Assembly (NCBI GenBank): GCA_965200975.1
Contig: OZ241740.1
Span: 1,996,244 to 2,060,243 of the forward strand
Origin: Dehalococcoidia bacterium
Lineage (GTDB): Bacteria; Chloroflexota; Dehalococcoidia; Lucifugimonadales; Australimonadaceae
DNA length: 64,000 nucleotides
Direction: 5' to 3'
Numbering within the stretch: the stretch's first letter is position 1; the number at the start of each line of letters is the position of its first letter. The notes beneath the pieces were generated by a model. That model was not told where the DNA came from and made no database searches. It worked only from the letters and a program-made list of their open reading frames with translations. Positions 46,042 to 55,575 of this stretch are shown piece after piece. Both the position numbers and the translations under genes were made by a program.

Positions 46042-46186
46042 CGGGACATCCCCGCTTGCGCACGTCAGCCGCAAAGCGTCATTCGACCTCGTCAACCGTG
46101 AGGCGCGGGCAGCGCCCGCTTCCCCCACTCCCCTAACCTCCCGACCCGCTACAATCCCCCAAACGCCGCTCCACTGGAGGCGCCCT

Positions 46187-46937
46187 ATGGACACCGGCCT
46201 CGACGGGAAAGTCGTCCTCATCACCGGCGCCGGACGCAACATCGGACGCGCAACCGCCCTGGATGTTCGCCGAAGAGCGCGCGCGCCTCGTCCTCGCCAC
46301 CCGCCGAAGCGCGGACCGCCTGGAACAGACTGCCGCCGACTGCCGCGCACTCGGCGCCGAGGCAATTACAACCCTCTGCGACGTCGCCGACGAGCAGCAG
46401 GTCAACGCTATGATCGAAACCGCCCAAACAGCGTTCGGCGGCGTCGACATCCTCGTCAACAACGCCGCCAACCGCATCCAGGGCCCCTTCCTCCAAAGCA
46501 GCGCGGAGGACTGGCGCGCCACCGCCGCCGTCAACCTCGACGCCGTCATCTTCGCCTCCCGCGCCGCCCTCCCCGGTATGATCGACCGCGGCTGGGGACG
46601 CATCATCAACTACTCCGGCGTCTCCGCCTACCGAGGAGGCGGCGCCCTCAAAGCCGCCGTCAAGCTCGGCGTCGTCGGCCTCACCAGGGGACTCGCCCGC
46701 GAGTTCGGCAAGCACGGCGTCACCGTCAACGCCATCGCCCCCAGCTCCATCGAGGGCGAACGCGACCCCGGAACAGAGCGCGACGTCGACATCGCCGGCG
46801 TCGACCCCAAGCTACCCATCCCGCGGTTCGGCGCGCCCGAAGAAGTCGCCGCGCTCGTCGTCTACCTCTGCAGCAAGCACGCCGGCTACGTCACCGGCCA
46901 GACCTTCCACATCAACGGCGGCGAGATCTTGCAATAA
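46187..46937 (+). CDS. short-chain dehydrogenase/reductase, frame break near 46258
   Basis: RBS GGAGG plus ATG 46187 gives MDTGLDGKVVLITGAGRNIGRATAL, then goes off frame. ORF 46263..46937 continues FAEERARLVLATRRS...NNAA...YSGVSAYRG..ALKAAVK. Confidence 0.8.
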
Positions 46938-46969
46938 CCCCTCGCCCAACCCGCACCGGAGCAACCCCT

Positions 46970-48277
46970 ATGACCACCCCAACCCCCTTCGACGCCCTCG
47001 CCTCATACATCGCATCTGCCCTCGAACGCCCCCTCCCCCCTGCCATCCTCGAAAAGACCAAACACCACGTCCTCGACACCATCGCCGCGATGATCACCGG
47101 CTCGCGCCTCAAGCCCGGCGAAGCCGCCATCGACTTCATCCGCTCGCAAGGCGGCGTCCCCGAGTCCGCCGTCGTCGGCTCCAACGTCGTAACTACCGCC
47201 ATCAACGCCGCTATGGCCAACGGAATGCTCGCCCACTCCAACGAAACCGACGACTCCCACGCGCCGTCCCTCACGCACCCCGGCTGCGCCGTCGTCCCCG
47301 CCGCGCTCGGCTACGACGTCGGATCGCGCATCGCCCGCCTTATGGGCGGCATCGACGCGCGCGGAATGCACGGCCACGCAACGCACACCATCGGCCCAAT
47401 GTTCGGCGCCGCAGCAGCAGCTGCCGCGCTCGTCGGGCTCGACCCCCGGGGCGTCCGCTACGCCCTCGCCTACACCGCGCAGCAGGCCTCCGGCGTCACC
47501 TCATGGGCCCGCGACTCCGAACACATCGAAAAGTCGTTCGTCTTCGGCGGCAACGGCGCGCGCTGCGGCGTAACATCCGCCCTCTTCGTCGCCTCCGGAA
47601 TGACCGGCGAGGAGAACGCCTTCGACGGCGAAAACGGCTTCCTCGACGTCTTCTGCCCCCGCCGCGACGAGTTCCCCCAGTGGGTCGCCTCTCTCGGCGA
47701 GCACTACGAAATCAGCCTCACCAACATCAAGAAGTTCTCCGTCGGCTCCCCCATCCAGGCCGCCGCCGAGGCGATGACCTCCCTCGTAACCGAGCACAAC
47801 ATCCAGCCCGCCGACATCCTCGACGTCGAAGCGCTCCTGCCTCCGCAAGGCGCAGGCATCGTCAACGGACGCCACATGCCCGACGTCAACCTGCAGTACT
47901 GCATGGCCGCCATCGCCCTCGACGGCGGCAAGCTCACCTTCCAGGCCACGCACACCTACGAGCGAATGAGCGACCCCGCCATCGTCGACTTTATGGCCAA
48001 AGTCCGCCTCACCCCCAACCCCGAGTTCGCAGCCCTCGAACGGCAACGCCCCGCAACCGTCCGCATCCGCACTGCCGGCGGCGTCCTCGAACGGCACGTC
48101 CCCGCCGTCCGCGGCACTCTCGACAGCCCAATGACCACCGAGGAAGTCGACGCCAAAGCGCTCGACCTCATCGGCAGCGTCTACGGCGAAACCCGCGCCC
48201 GCGACCTCGTAGCCGCCGTCCGCAACCTCGACGCAACCCCCGCCGCCGCGCTCCGCCCACTGCTCACCGAGGAATAG
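46970..48277 (+). CDS. MmgE/PrpD family protein
   Basis: In-frame ATG 46970 of ORF 45794..48277. ..HVLDTIAAMITGS...AHSNETDDSH..SLTHPG. Confidence 0.8.
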   Translation: MTTPTPFDALASYIASALERPLPPAILEKTKHHVLDTIAAMITGSRLKPGEAAIDFIRSQGGVPESAVVGSNVVTTAINAAMANGMLAHSNETDDSHAPSLTHPGCAVVPAALGYDVGSRIARLMGGIDARGMHGHATHTIGPMFGAAAAAAALVGLDPRGVRYALAYTAQQASGVTSWARDSEHIEKSFVFGGNGARCGVTSALFVASGMTGEENAFDGENGFLDVFCPRRDEFPQWVASLGEHYEISLTNIKKFSVGSPIQAAAEAMTSLVTEHNIQPADILDVEALLPPQGAGIVNGRHMPDVNLQYCMAAIALDGGKLTFQATHTYERMSDPAIVDFMAKVRLTPNPEFAALERQRPATVRIRTAGGVLERHVPAVRGTLDSPMTTEEVDAKALDLIGSVYGETRARDLVAAVRNLDATPAAALRPLLTEE

Positions 48278-48285
48278 CAGCGCCA

Positions 48286-49635
48286 ATGTGGACACACCTC
48301 CGGCGCGACATCGCAATTTGGGACTGGCGGCTCTACCTGTCCATACTGCTCTTCCTTGGCCTGCCGAGCCTCTACCAACTCTACCGCGTCCAACTCATCG
48401 GAAACGAGCTCCCCGACGCAGGGAGCCTCGCTATTGTGTCGCAGTGGCAATTCGTCGGACTCGTCATCGAGGTCTTTCAAGAAGCCAGCGTCCTCGCCAT
48501 TTTCTTCTTTCTCGGCTCCCAAATACGGAACTCGGCAGAAATCCAACTTGACAGGGCAAAGAGCGTCTTCGCATTCATCTTCCTCGCCTCCCTGGTATTC
48601 GCTGTTGCAGTGTTCATCTTCCGCGGCGCCTTCATTTCGCTCATCGGCACGCCGTCAGACATCCAGGAGCAGACGCGCGCATATCTGGGAATCAGCATCT
48701 TTAGCGTCCCGTTCACCGTGCTCGCCGCAGCCATTATTGTCCTGTTCGAGTCGCTCGGCCTCCGCGCTATCGTCTTCGTTATGGCCGCCGCAAACGTCGC
48801 GCTCCGCTTTCTGCTCGATACGCTCTTCTTCGGCGGACACGCATTCTCGCTGCAAGTAGACGTTGTAGGCGTAGGCTGGGCGACGCTGCTGGCAAGCCTC
48901 GCGCTCTTCCTGATCGGCGCTGCGCTGCTATTCCGCGCCAAGAGCATCCCCTTCGCCGCATTGACCACTCTGCCGTCGTTCGCGGATATGCGCGTGTACC
49001 TGCGCGTAGGTCTCGGCAGCGGAGCGGATAGCCTCATCCGAAATGTGTTCTACTTCTTTATGATAATTCGCATCGTAAACACCATCGGCTCCACCGAAAT
49101 CGGCGGCTATTACCTCGCCGTACAGATACTGTGGAGCTTCATGCTCGTCCCCGTTCTCGCCCTCGGCGACTCCGCCAAAGCGCTCGTCGCAAACGCCGCC
49201 GGCGACATCGCCCGAATACGGACGCTCTGGCGCGCCTCGATGGTCATTACCGCCAGCATGATGCTTGTCTGGGTTGCGCTCGCCCCAATGTTCAGCGGAT
49301 TCGCAAATGCGCTAAGCAGCGACCCAGAAACGGTGCAATGGGCTGTCACCGCATTCGGAATTCTCTTCGTCCCCTACGTGCTCCTCTCATTCAATATGGT
49401 GATGGACAGCTTCTTCTACGGAACGGGCCGCACCAAGTACCTCGCCTATCAGTCCCTCATCACGAACGGAACCGTCTACGCCGCAGCATTCCTGCTCTAT
49501 ATCGCCGACGTATGGAACCCCACATTCGAGAGCGTAATGCTCCTCTTTGCCCTCGGCATAGTGGTCGACTCGTTCCTAACCGTCCTCTTCCTCGTAAAGA
49601 CGCTCTATCTCGACCACTCTGCGCTTTCGCGCTAA
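48286..49635 (+). CDS. MATE-like polytopic efflux/flippase family membrane protein
   Basis: In-frame ATG 48286. About 12 TM segments. GC visibly lower than its neighbours. Confidence 0.55.
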   Translation: MWTHLRRDIAIWDWRLYLSILLFLGLPSLYQLYRVQLIGNELPDAGSLAIVSQWQFVGLVIEVFQEASVLAIFFFLGSQIRNSAEIQLDRAKSVFAFIFLASLVFAVAVFIFRGAFISLIGTPSDIQEQTRAYLGISIFSVPFTVLAAAIIVLFESLGLRAIVFVMAAANVALRFLLDTLFFGGHAFSLQVDVVGVGWATLLASLALFLIGAALLFRAKSIPFAALTTLPSFADMRVYLRVGLGSGADSLIRNVFYFFMIIRIVNTIGSTEIGGYYLAVQILWSFMLVPVLALGDSAKALVANAAGDIARIRTLWRASMVITASMMLVWVALAPMFSGFANALSSDPETVQWAVTAFGILFVPYVLLSFNMVMDSFFYGTGRTKYLAYQSLITNGTVYAAAFLLYIADVWNPTFESVMLLFALGIVVDSFLTVLFLVKTLYLDHSALSR

Positions 49636-49687
49636 CCGCCGCCACGCTCCGCCCTCTGCTGACGGGAGGCTGAGGCTGCCGGACGCC

Positions 49688-51520
49688 CTAACGCAGCCCC
49701 TCCCGCTCCGCATAGCCGCGTATCGCCTCGATAAATCGCGCGCCGTACCGTTCGAGCTTCGCCGGACCAACCCCAGGGATGCGCGCAAACTCCTCAACGC
49801 TCCGCGGCGCTGCCGCCGCCATATGCCGCAGCGCCGCGTCGGCGAACACCATGAACGCAGGGACGCCCTCCGCATCCGCCAGACGCTTCCGCAGCGCGCG
49901 CAGCTCCTCGAAGAGGCCCGCGTCGAACGCCGCCTCTTCCGTCGACTTCGCGCCTCCGCCGCGCGGCGCCCGCGTCCTCGCGGACGCCGCAGGCCGGGGA
50001 AGGCTGAGCGACTGCCGCTCCTTTAGGAACTCCGACCCTTCCGACGTCAGCGAGAGCGTCGCGTACCCATCGCTGCTCTGCGCCAGCAAGCCTCGCGCCG
50101 CCAGGCGCCCAATGATTTCCCGTATCTGCGGCTCGGTGAAGTCCCGGACTATGCCGTACACGCTCAGCCGATCGTGCCCCAACTCCGCAATCCGCTTGCC
50201 CTTACTCCCAAGCAGCACACGAGCAATGTAGGCGGCCCCGAATCTCCCACCCGTCCGCGCAACTGCCGAGAGCGTCTTCCGCGCGATCTCCGTCGCGTCG
50301 AACTCCTCCCGCATGTCGAGGCACACGTCGCACGCCCCGCAACTCTCGTGCGGCCACTCCTCCCCGAAGTATTCGAGCAACGCCCGGCGGCGGCACACGG
50401 GGAGCTGGGCGAACTCCACCATCCTGGCGAGCTTCTGTTGCGCGTTCTCGCGCTCCCTTGCATCCTGGATCTGTCCGATGAAGTGGTCTTGCCGGCGCTT
50501 GTCGGCGTACGAGAAGAAGAGCACGCAGTCGCTCGGCAGCCCGTCCCTGCCGGCGCGCCCCGTCTCCTGATAGTAGCCCTCGAGCGACTTCGGCATGCTG
50601 TAGTGCGCAACCAGCCGAATGTTCGGCTTGTCGATGCCCATGCCGAAAGCGATCGTCGCAACGATAATCGGCGTCGCCCCGCCCAGAAACGACTCCTGCG
50701 TCCGCCGGCGCGTTTCGGCTTCGAGCCCCGCGTGATACGGACGCGCCCGGAACCCCGCGGCGTTCAGCTCCTCCGCCAACTCCTCGGTCTCCCTCCGCGA
50801 GGAGCAGTAGACGATAGCCGACGCCCCCGGACGCTCTCGCAGCAGCCCGGCAAGCTGCTCCAACGCGCCTTCCTTTGGCCTCACCGTGTACGTGAGGTTC
50901 GACCGGTTGAAGCTCGATACGAACTCGCGCCCCTGACGCAGGCGCAGCTGCTCGATGATGTCTTCCCGCACCCGCTTGGTCGCCGTCGCCGTGAGCGCAA
51001 TAACCGGCGTCTCCGGGAACTCCTCACGCAACTGCAGCAGATTGCGGTAGTCGGGACGGAACTCGTGGCCCCACTCCGAAATGCAGTGCGCCTCGTCGAT
51101 AGCGATGAGGCTGAGCTTTACGCCCCGCAGGAATTTGACGAACCCCGGCATGCCGATCCGCTCCGGCGCCGCATACAGCAGCTTTGCCCGCCCCGCGCGC
51201 ACTCGCGCCAGCGCCTCCCCCGCCTCCTGGAAAGAGAGCGTACTGTTGATGAACTCCGCCGCCACCCCCTTGGCGTTCAGCGCGTCCACCTGGTCCTTCA
51301 TCAGCGCAATCAACGGCGAGACCACCAGCGTCACGCCGGGAAGCATCAGCGCCGGCAGCTGATAGCAGAGCGACTTGCCTCCGCCGGTAGGCATCAGCGC
51401 CAGGGTGTCGCGCCCCGAAAGCATGTTGTCGACGATCTCTCTCTGCAGCGGACGAAAACCCTCATGCCCAAACCAGCGCCTGAGGCTATCCGGCAGCAAA
51501 GCATCGTCGACTGCGCTCAT
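49688..51520 (-). CDS. recQ: ATP-dependent DNA helicase RecQ
   Basis: ..FRPLQREIV...MPTGGGKSLCYQLPA...IDEAHCISEWGHEFRPDY..., Zn-binding Cys cluster, C-terminal HRDC. Confidence 0.95.
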   Translation of the reverse strand: MSAVDDALLPDSLRRWFGHEGFRPLQREIVDNMLSGRDTLALMPTGGGKSLCYQLPALMLPGVTLVVSPLIALMKDQVDALNAKGVAAEFINSTLSFQEAGEALARVRAGRAKLLYAAPERIGMPGFVKFLRGVKLSLIAIDEAHCISEWGHEFRPDYRNLLQLREEFPETPVIALTATATKRVREDIIEQLRLRQGREFVSSFNRSNLTYTVRPKEGALEQLAGLLRERPGASAIVYCSSRRETEELAEELNAAGFRARPYHAGLEAETRRRTQESFLGGATPIIVATIAFGMGIDKPNIRLVAHYSMPKSLEGYYQETGRAGRDGLPSDCVLFFSYADKRRQDHFIGQIQDARERENAQQKLARMVEFAQLPVCRRRALLEYFGEEWPHESCGACDVCLDMREEFDATEIARKTLSAVARTGGRFGAAYIARVLLGSKGKRIAELGHDRLSVYGIVRDFTEPQIREIIGRLAARGLLAQSSDGYATLSLTSEGSEFLKERQSLSLPRPAASARTRAPRGGGAKSTEEAAFDAGLFEELRALRKRLADAEGVPAFMVFADAALRHMAAAAPRSVEEFARIPGVGPAKLERYGARFIEAIRGYAEREGLR

Positions 51521-51547
51521 CCTCTCCTTCCGCCTGACTGAAAAGGC

Positions 51548-53203
51548 TTACCGCCCTTCCTGAACGTCGAACACTGTCTCCGAGTACGGCGCAGGATCGA
51601 TGAACGCCTCGACCACGCTCGGCCCGTCGAGCGAGAGCGCCCAGCCCATCGCGGAGCGAAACTCCTCCGGCGTCCTCACCGCGCGGACAGGAACGCCAAA
51701 ATAGTGCGCCGGCGCGTCCGGCTGCTCTCCCAGAAACGCTCCTGACGACCCTAACGACCCGCGCTCCTGCTTCACCTTCATCAGGCTGAGCCAGCCGTCG
51801 TTCAGCACCACGATGGGCGCGCGCAAGCCCAAACGCCGCGCCGTCGCCAGCTCCCCCACCGTCATTTGAAAGCAACCGTCTCCCACAACCCCTACAACCG
51901 TGCGCTCCGGACGCGCCAGCTTGGCCGCATACGCTGCCGGCATTCCGTACCCCATCGACGACCACCCGTTAGTCGCCAGCGCCGTGTGCGGGTAGTCCGT
52001 CGTCCACTGCGTCGCTATCTGATGCGTGTGCGCTCCAACGTCGTAGGCGATGACTCCGTCCTCCGGCAGCAGCGCCCGCAGCTCGTCGAGCACATGATGC
52101 GCAGCCATCCCGTTGGCGGCAGGCCGCAAAGCTGCGGCAAGCCTCCGCCGGTGCTCCTCCCACTCTGCAGGACGCCAGCTGTTGCGCGCCGGCCTCGTCT
52201 CGCCCAGCGCCTCGATGATCGCGTCGATATCCCCCGCAGCCTCGTAAGCCGGATTCGCCCGCTCCCCCGGCTGCGCTGCGTCCGGACTCAGATGCGCCGT
52301 CGGCGTCGCTTTCGCCCAGTCCTCGTAGTCGATCTCCACCGGGTCGAACCCCACCGCAATCAGCAGGTCCGCCCGGTCGATCATCCGTTGCACGTCCGTC
52401 CGGCGCGCGCGCCCCATCACTCCCAGATTCGCCGGATGCGAGTCCGGCAGAAACCCTTTCGCATGCAGCGTGGACACCCATGGGACGCGCTGCGCCTCGA
52501 TGAACCGCAGCAGCCTCTCCGGACGCCGCGCCCGCGTGAACGCAAGCCCCACCGCAACCATCGGACGCTCCGCGCCCTCGAGCAGCCGCTCGACCTGCTC
52601 GGCCATATCGCCCGGCGGAGGCGGAAGCGCGTCCGGCGTCCGCGGCGCGAGCGCCTCCTCCGACGCCGGCGCCGTCCCTACGTCCTCGGGGAAGTCGAGA
52701 TGCACGGGCCCCGGCGGCTCGCTCGACGCAATGCGGAACGCGCGCTCCACCGCCCCGGCGACGTCGCCCTCCTCGACCAGTATCGACGCCTTCGTAATGG
52801 GAGCGAACAGCGCCTGGTGATCGATCCACATCTGCGTGCGCCTGCCCATCAGACGCCTCGCGTAGTCGCACGTGATGGCCACAACAGGCGACCGGTCGAG
52901 GTACGCCCCGCCGACTCCCGTCGCGAGGTTCGTCGCCCCGGGGCCCACTGTCGACACGCACACTCCCGGCGTTCCGGTAAGGCGCCCTGCCGTCTCGGCC
53001 ATGAATCCGGCGGACGTCTCGCTCGCCGTCAACACGAAATCGACGCTGCCGCTCTTCCGCAGCGCCTCGATAAGCGGCAGCACCGGGCCGCTCGGCACCC
53101 CAAACACCCACCGCACGCCGGCGCGCTCCAGCATACGGACAACCAGCTCAACGTTGTTCACAAGCAGCAATCCTACCGCACCCCGCCGCCAACGCGCTCG
53201 CAC
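51548..53203 (-). CDS. thiamine-diphosphate enzyme, acetolactate-synthase-like (start uncertain)
   Basis: ..VRMLERAGVRWVFGVPSG...GPGATNLATG...GDGCFQMTVGELATA...NDGWLS. Confidence 0.8.
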   Translation of the reverse strand: MRARWRRGAVGLLLVNNVELVVRMLERAGVRWVFGVPSGPVLPLIEALRKSGSVDFVLTASETSAGFMAETAGRLTGTPGVCVSTVGPGATNLATGVGGAYLDRSPVVAITCDYARRLMGRRTQMWIDHQALFAPITKASILVEEGDVAGAVERAFRIASSEPPGPVHLDFPEDVGTAPASEEALAPRTPDALPPPPGDMAEQVERLLEGAERPMVAVGLAFTRARRPERLLRFIEAQRVPWVSTLHAKGFLPDSHPANLGVMGRARRTDVQRMIDRADLLIAVGFDPVEIDYEDWAKATPTAHLSPDAAQPGERANPAYEAAGDIDAIIEALGETRPARNSWRPAEWEEHRRRLAAALRPAANGMAAHHVLDELRALLPEDGVIAYDVGAHTHQIATQWTTDYPHTALATNGWSSMGYGMPAAYAAKLARPERTVVGVVGDGCFQMTVGELATARRLGLRAPIVVLNDGWLSLMKVKQERGSLGSSGAFLGEQPDAPAHYFGVPVRAVRTPEEFRSAMGWALSLDGPSVVEAFIDPAPYSETVFDVQEGR

Positions 53204-53275
53204 TTTTTGTCCGCTCTCCCGGCAGCGCGCCGGCGCTCACGGTTGCGGTATGCTTGCCGCGCAAAGGAGGCGCGC

Positions 53276-53683
53276 ATGAATCCCCTCACCCTCGACGAAT
53301 CCCTCCGAATGCTGACCGCCGGACGCGCCAAAGCCGAGCAGCTCGGCGTGCGCGTCAGCATCGCCGTGCTCGACCCCCGCGGCGACATCGTCGCCCTTCA
53401 CCGTATGGACGGCGCCCTCTGGCGAAGCGTCCCTATCTCTCAGGGGAAGGCTGCCGCCTCCGCCGCATGGGACGCCCCCAGCGGCGACCTCCGCGACCGC
53501 TGGGACCAGCCCGTCGTCCGCGCCCTCTCGATGATGGAGAACGGACGCATCATCCCCTGGCAAGGCGCCCTCCCCGTACGGCGCCCCGACGGAACTATGA
53601 TCGGCGCCATCGGCGTCAGCGGCGCTCGCCCCAACGAAGACGAGGAGGTGGCGGCGGCTGGCCTCGCCGCGCTCGAATCATGA
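53276..53683 (+). CDS. GlcG/HbpS-like heme-binding (DUF336) protein
   Basis: In-frame ATG 53276. ..VSIAVLDPRGDIVALHRMDGA...SQGKAAASA...GAIGVSGARPNEDEE. Confidence 0.8.
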   Translation: MNPLTLDESLRMLTAGRAKAEQLGVRVSIAVLDPRGDIVALHRMDGALWRSVPISQGKAAASAAWDAPSGDLRDRWDQPVVRALSMMENGRIIPWQGALPVRRPDGTMIGAIGVSGARPNEDEEVAAAGLAALES

Positions 53684-54756
53684 CCGAAAGCTTCAAAATC
53701 AAGGAAGAAGACGCCGTCCGCGTCGACCCCGCCCCGCTCCGCGAGGCCGTCGTCGCCCTCTTCGAAAAGGTCGGCGTACCCCCCGAAGACGCCCGCATCG
53801 GCGCCGACGTCATCATCTCCGCCGACCTCCGCGGCGTCGACAGCCACGGCGTCTCCAATATGCTCAAGGTCTACCTCGACCGCTACGCCGACGGAACGCA
53901 GAACCCCACCCCCGACTGGAAGATCGTGCGTGAACGTCCGTCCTCCGCAAACATCGACTGCGACCGCGGACTCGGCATCATCCTCGCCCCCAAGGCGATG
54001 CGCATCGCCATCGAAAAAGCCCGCCACTCCGGCGTCGGCGTCGTCACCCTGTTCAACAGCGGACACGTAGGCATGGCCGCCTACCATGCAATGCTCGCCC
54101 TCGAACACGACATGATAGGAATGTGCATGACCGCCGCCGGCCCCGCCGTCCTCCCCACGTTCGGACGCGTCCCCCGGCTGGGAACCAACCCCATCGCCAT
54201 TGCCGCGCCCGCAGGCGCCGAGCGCGCCTGGGTGTTCGATATGGCCACCAGCGTCGTCCCCGTCAACAAGGTGCGCAACGCCCGCCGAATGGGGACGCTT
54301 CTCCCCCCCGGCCTCATCGCCGACGAGGAAGGGACGCCCATTATGCAGCCCACCCTCGCCCCCGAGAACTTCCAACTCCTCCCCCTCGGAACAGACCGCG
54401 ACGCCGGCTCCCACAAGGGCTACGGACTCGCGGTCGCGGTCGACATCCTCTGCTCCGTCCTTGCCGGCGCCGACTTCGGCATCCGCGCCGGACGCCTCCA
54501 CTTCCGCCACTACGTCGCCGCCTACAACATCGACGCCTTCAGCGACGTCGGCGAGTTCAAGGCTCGCATGGACGACTTCATCCGCGAACTGAACGCCACC
54601 CCGCCGGCGGCTGGCCACGAGCGCGTCCTCGTCGCAGGCCAACCGGAATGGGAAGCGCTCGACGAACGCTCCACCCGCGGCATCCCCCTCCACCGCGACG
54701 TAGTAGAATGGCTCCGCAGCGTCTGCGCCGAACTCAACGTCCCCTGCGAGATCTGA
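53680..54756 (+). CDS. Ldh2-family malate/L-lactate/ureidoglycolate-type dehydrogenase
   Basis: ATGA overlap with the upstream stop. ..ADLRGVDSHGV...LFNSGHVGMAAYH... Confidence 0.85.
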   Translation: MTESFKIKEEDAVRVDPAPLREAVVALFEKVGVPPEDARIGADVIISADLRGVDSHGVSNMLKVYLDRYADGTQNPTPDWKIVRERPSSANIDCDRGLGIILAPKAMRIAIEKARHSGVGVVTLFNSGHVGMAAYHAMLALEHDMIGMCMTAAGPAVLPTFGRVPRLGTNPIAIAAPAGAERAWVFDMATSVVPVNKVRNARRMGTLLPPGLIADEEGTPIMQPTLAPENFQLLPLGTDRDAGSHKGYGLAVAVDILCSVLAGADFGIRAGRLHFRHYVAAYNIDAFSDVGEFKARMDDFIRELNATPPAAGHERVLVAGQPEWEALDERSTRGIPLHRDVVEWLRSVCAELNVPCEI

Positions 54757-54792
54757 AGATCCCCGCCACAGCGCACGCCAAGGAGCGCACCT

Positions 54793-55251
54793 ATGCCCGG
54801 ACTACCAATCCCAGACAGCATGGAAGAACACCTCATCTATATCGGCATGGGAAAGTCTCTCAAAACGCGCTTGGAACAGATCATCAAAGACGTGGACCTG
54901 GCCACTCCAAGCGATATCGACTCCAAAAGCAAAAGGCATCCCGCTGCGACAGAGCGCGTAGCCGTAAAGATGGGATGTCGGCTAGAAGTCTCGTGGGCGG
55001 AGACGGTAAGCCACGACAGTGCAAAAGCTCATAAAGCGGCTCTCATCCATGAGTACGTCAAACAGCACAGCTCCTTGCCGTGGATTGAGAGCCCAGAGGG
55101 GCGCGTTCTCGGCAACCACCAAACTCCAAAACTCCGGCAGGAGCCTGTATCCGACCTCGATTGGTCAGACTGGACTGAGATGCGGGAATCTAACATAGCC
55201 CGCATCCCCGAAAACCCTGGGGTCTACCGCGTTCGAGCGCTATGCCCGTAG
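54793..55251 (+). CDS. low-GC hypothetical protein with degenerate GIY-YIG-like N-terminus
   Basis: PGLPIPDSMEEHLIYIGMGKSLKTRLEQ has the YIG...R spacing of GIY-YIG, with GLP in place of GIY. The C-terminus ends ..IPENPGVYRVRALCP. Confidence 0.5.
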   Translation: MPGLPIPDSMEEHLIYIGMGKSLKTRLEQIIKDVDLATPSDIDSKSKRHPAATERVAVKMGCRLEVSWAETVSHDSAKAHKAALIHEYVKQHSSLPWIESPEGRVLGNHQTPKLRQEPVSDLDWSDWTEMRESNIARIPENPGVYRVRALCP

Positions 55252-55267
55252 CGCACACCTCAGCCGA

Positions 55268-55343
55268 CGCCCTCTGGCGAAGCGTCCCTATCTCTCAGGG
55301 CAAGGCCGCCTGCGCCGAACTCAACATCCCCTGCGAGATCTGA
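55268..55343 (+). repeat. mosaic duplicate: glcG-internal fragment fused in frame to the last 33 bp of ldh2
   Basis: 55268-55310 matches about 53411-53455. 55311-55343 matches 54724-54756 with one mismatch. Confidence 0.9.
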
Positions 55344-55377
55344 CGCGGAACGCAATCTCGCAGCTCCTCAGGAGCTC

Positions 55378-55416
55378 CCCAGGGGGTCTGGGGAAGCGGA
55401 CGCTCTCCCAGCTACG
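55378..55416 (+). repeat. solo REP-like hairpin
   Basis: CCCAGGGGGTCTGGGGAAGCGGACGCTCTCCCAGCTACGCC. Confidence 0.9.
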
Positions 55417-55575
55417 CCCAAGCGCTCATGCCCCCACGACGCTTGCCCATTGCCCCATGCTCCCCGCGATTGATACGCTGCCCATCGCGACAGCCCCCCC
55501 CCGACGTGAAGCCATACCCCCACTTACGAGTGAGATGAGCCCAATTACCTCCGCATCGATGCGAAAGCAGGCCCC

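Noticed and set aside
54784-55262. Circularly permuted GIY-YIG gene indicating integration of a circular element (C-terminal GVY... joining the N-terminal ...YIG across shared CTATGCCCG / GCGCACCT strings)
   Set aside because: Joining the ends through the 9-bp repeat puts the two halves in different frames. There is also no stop or promoter between the halves, as would be expected for a split gene. I kept only the duplication-scar observation.
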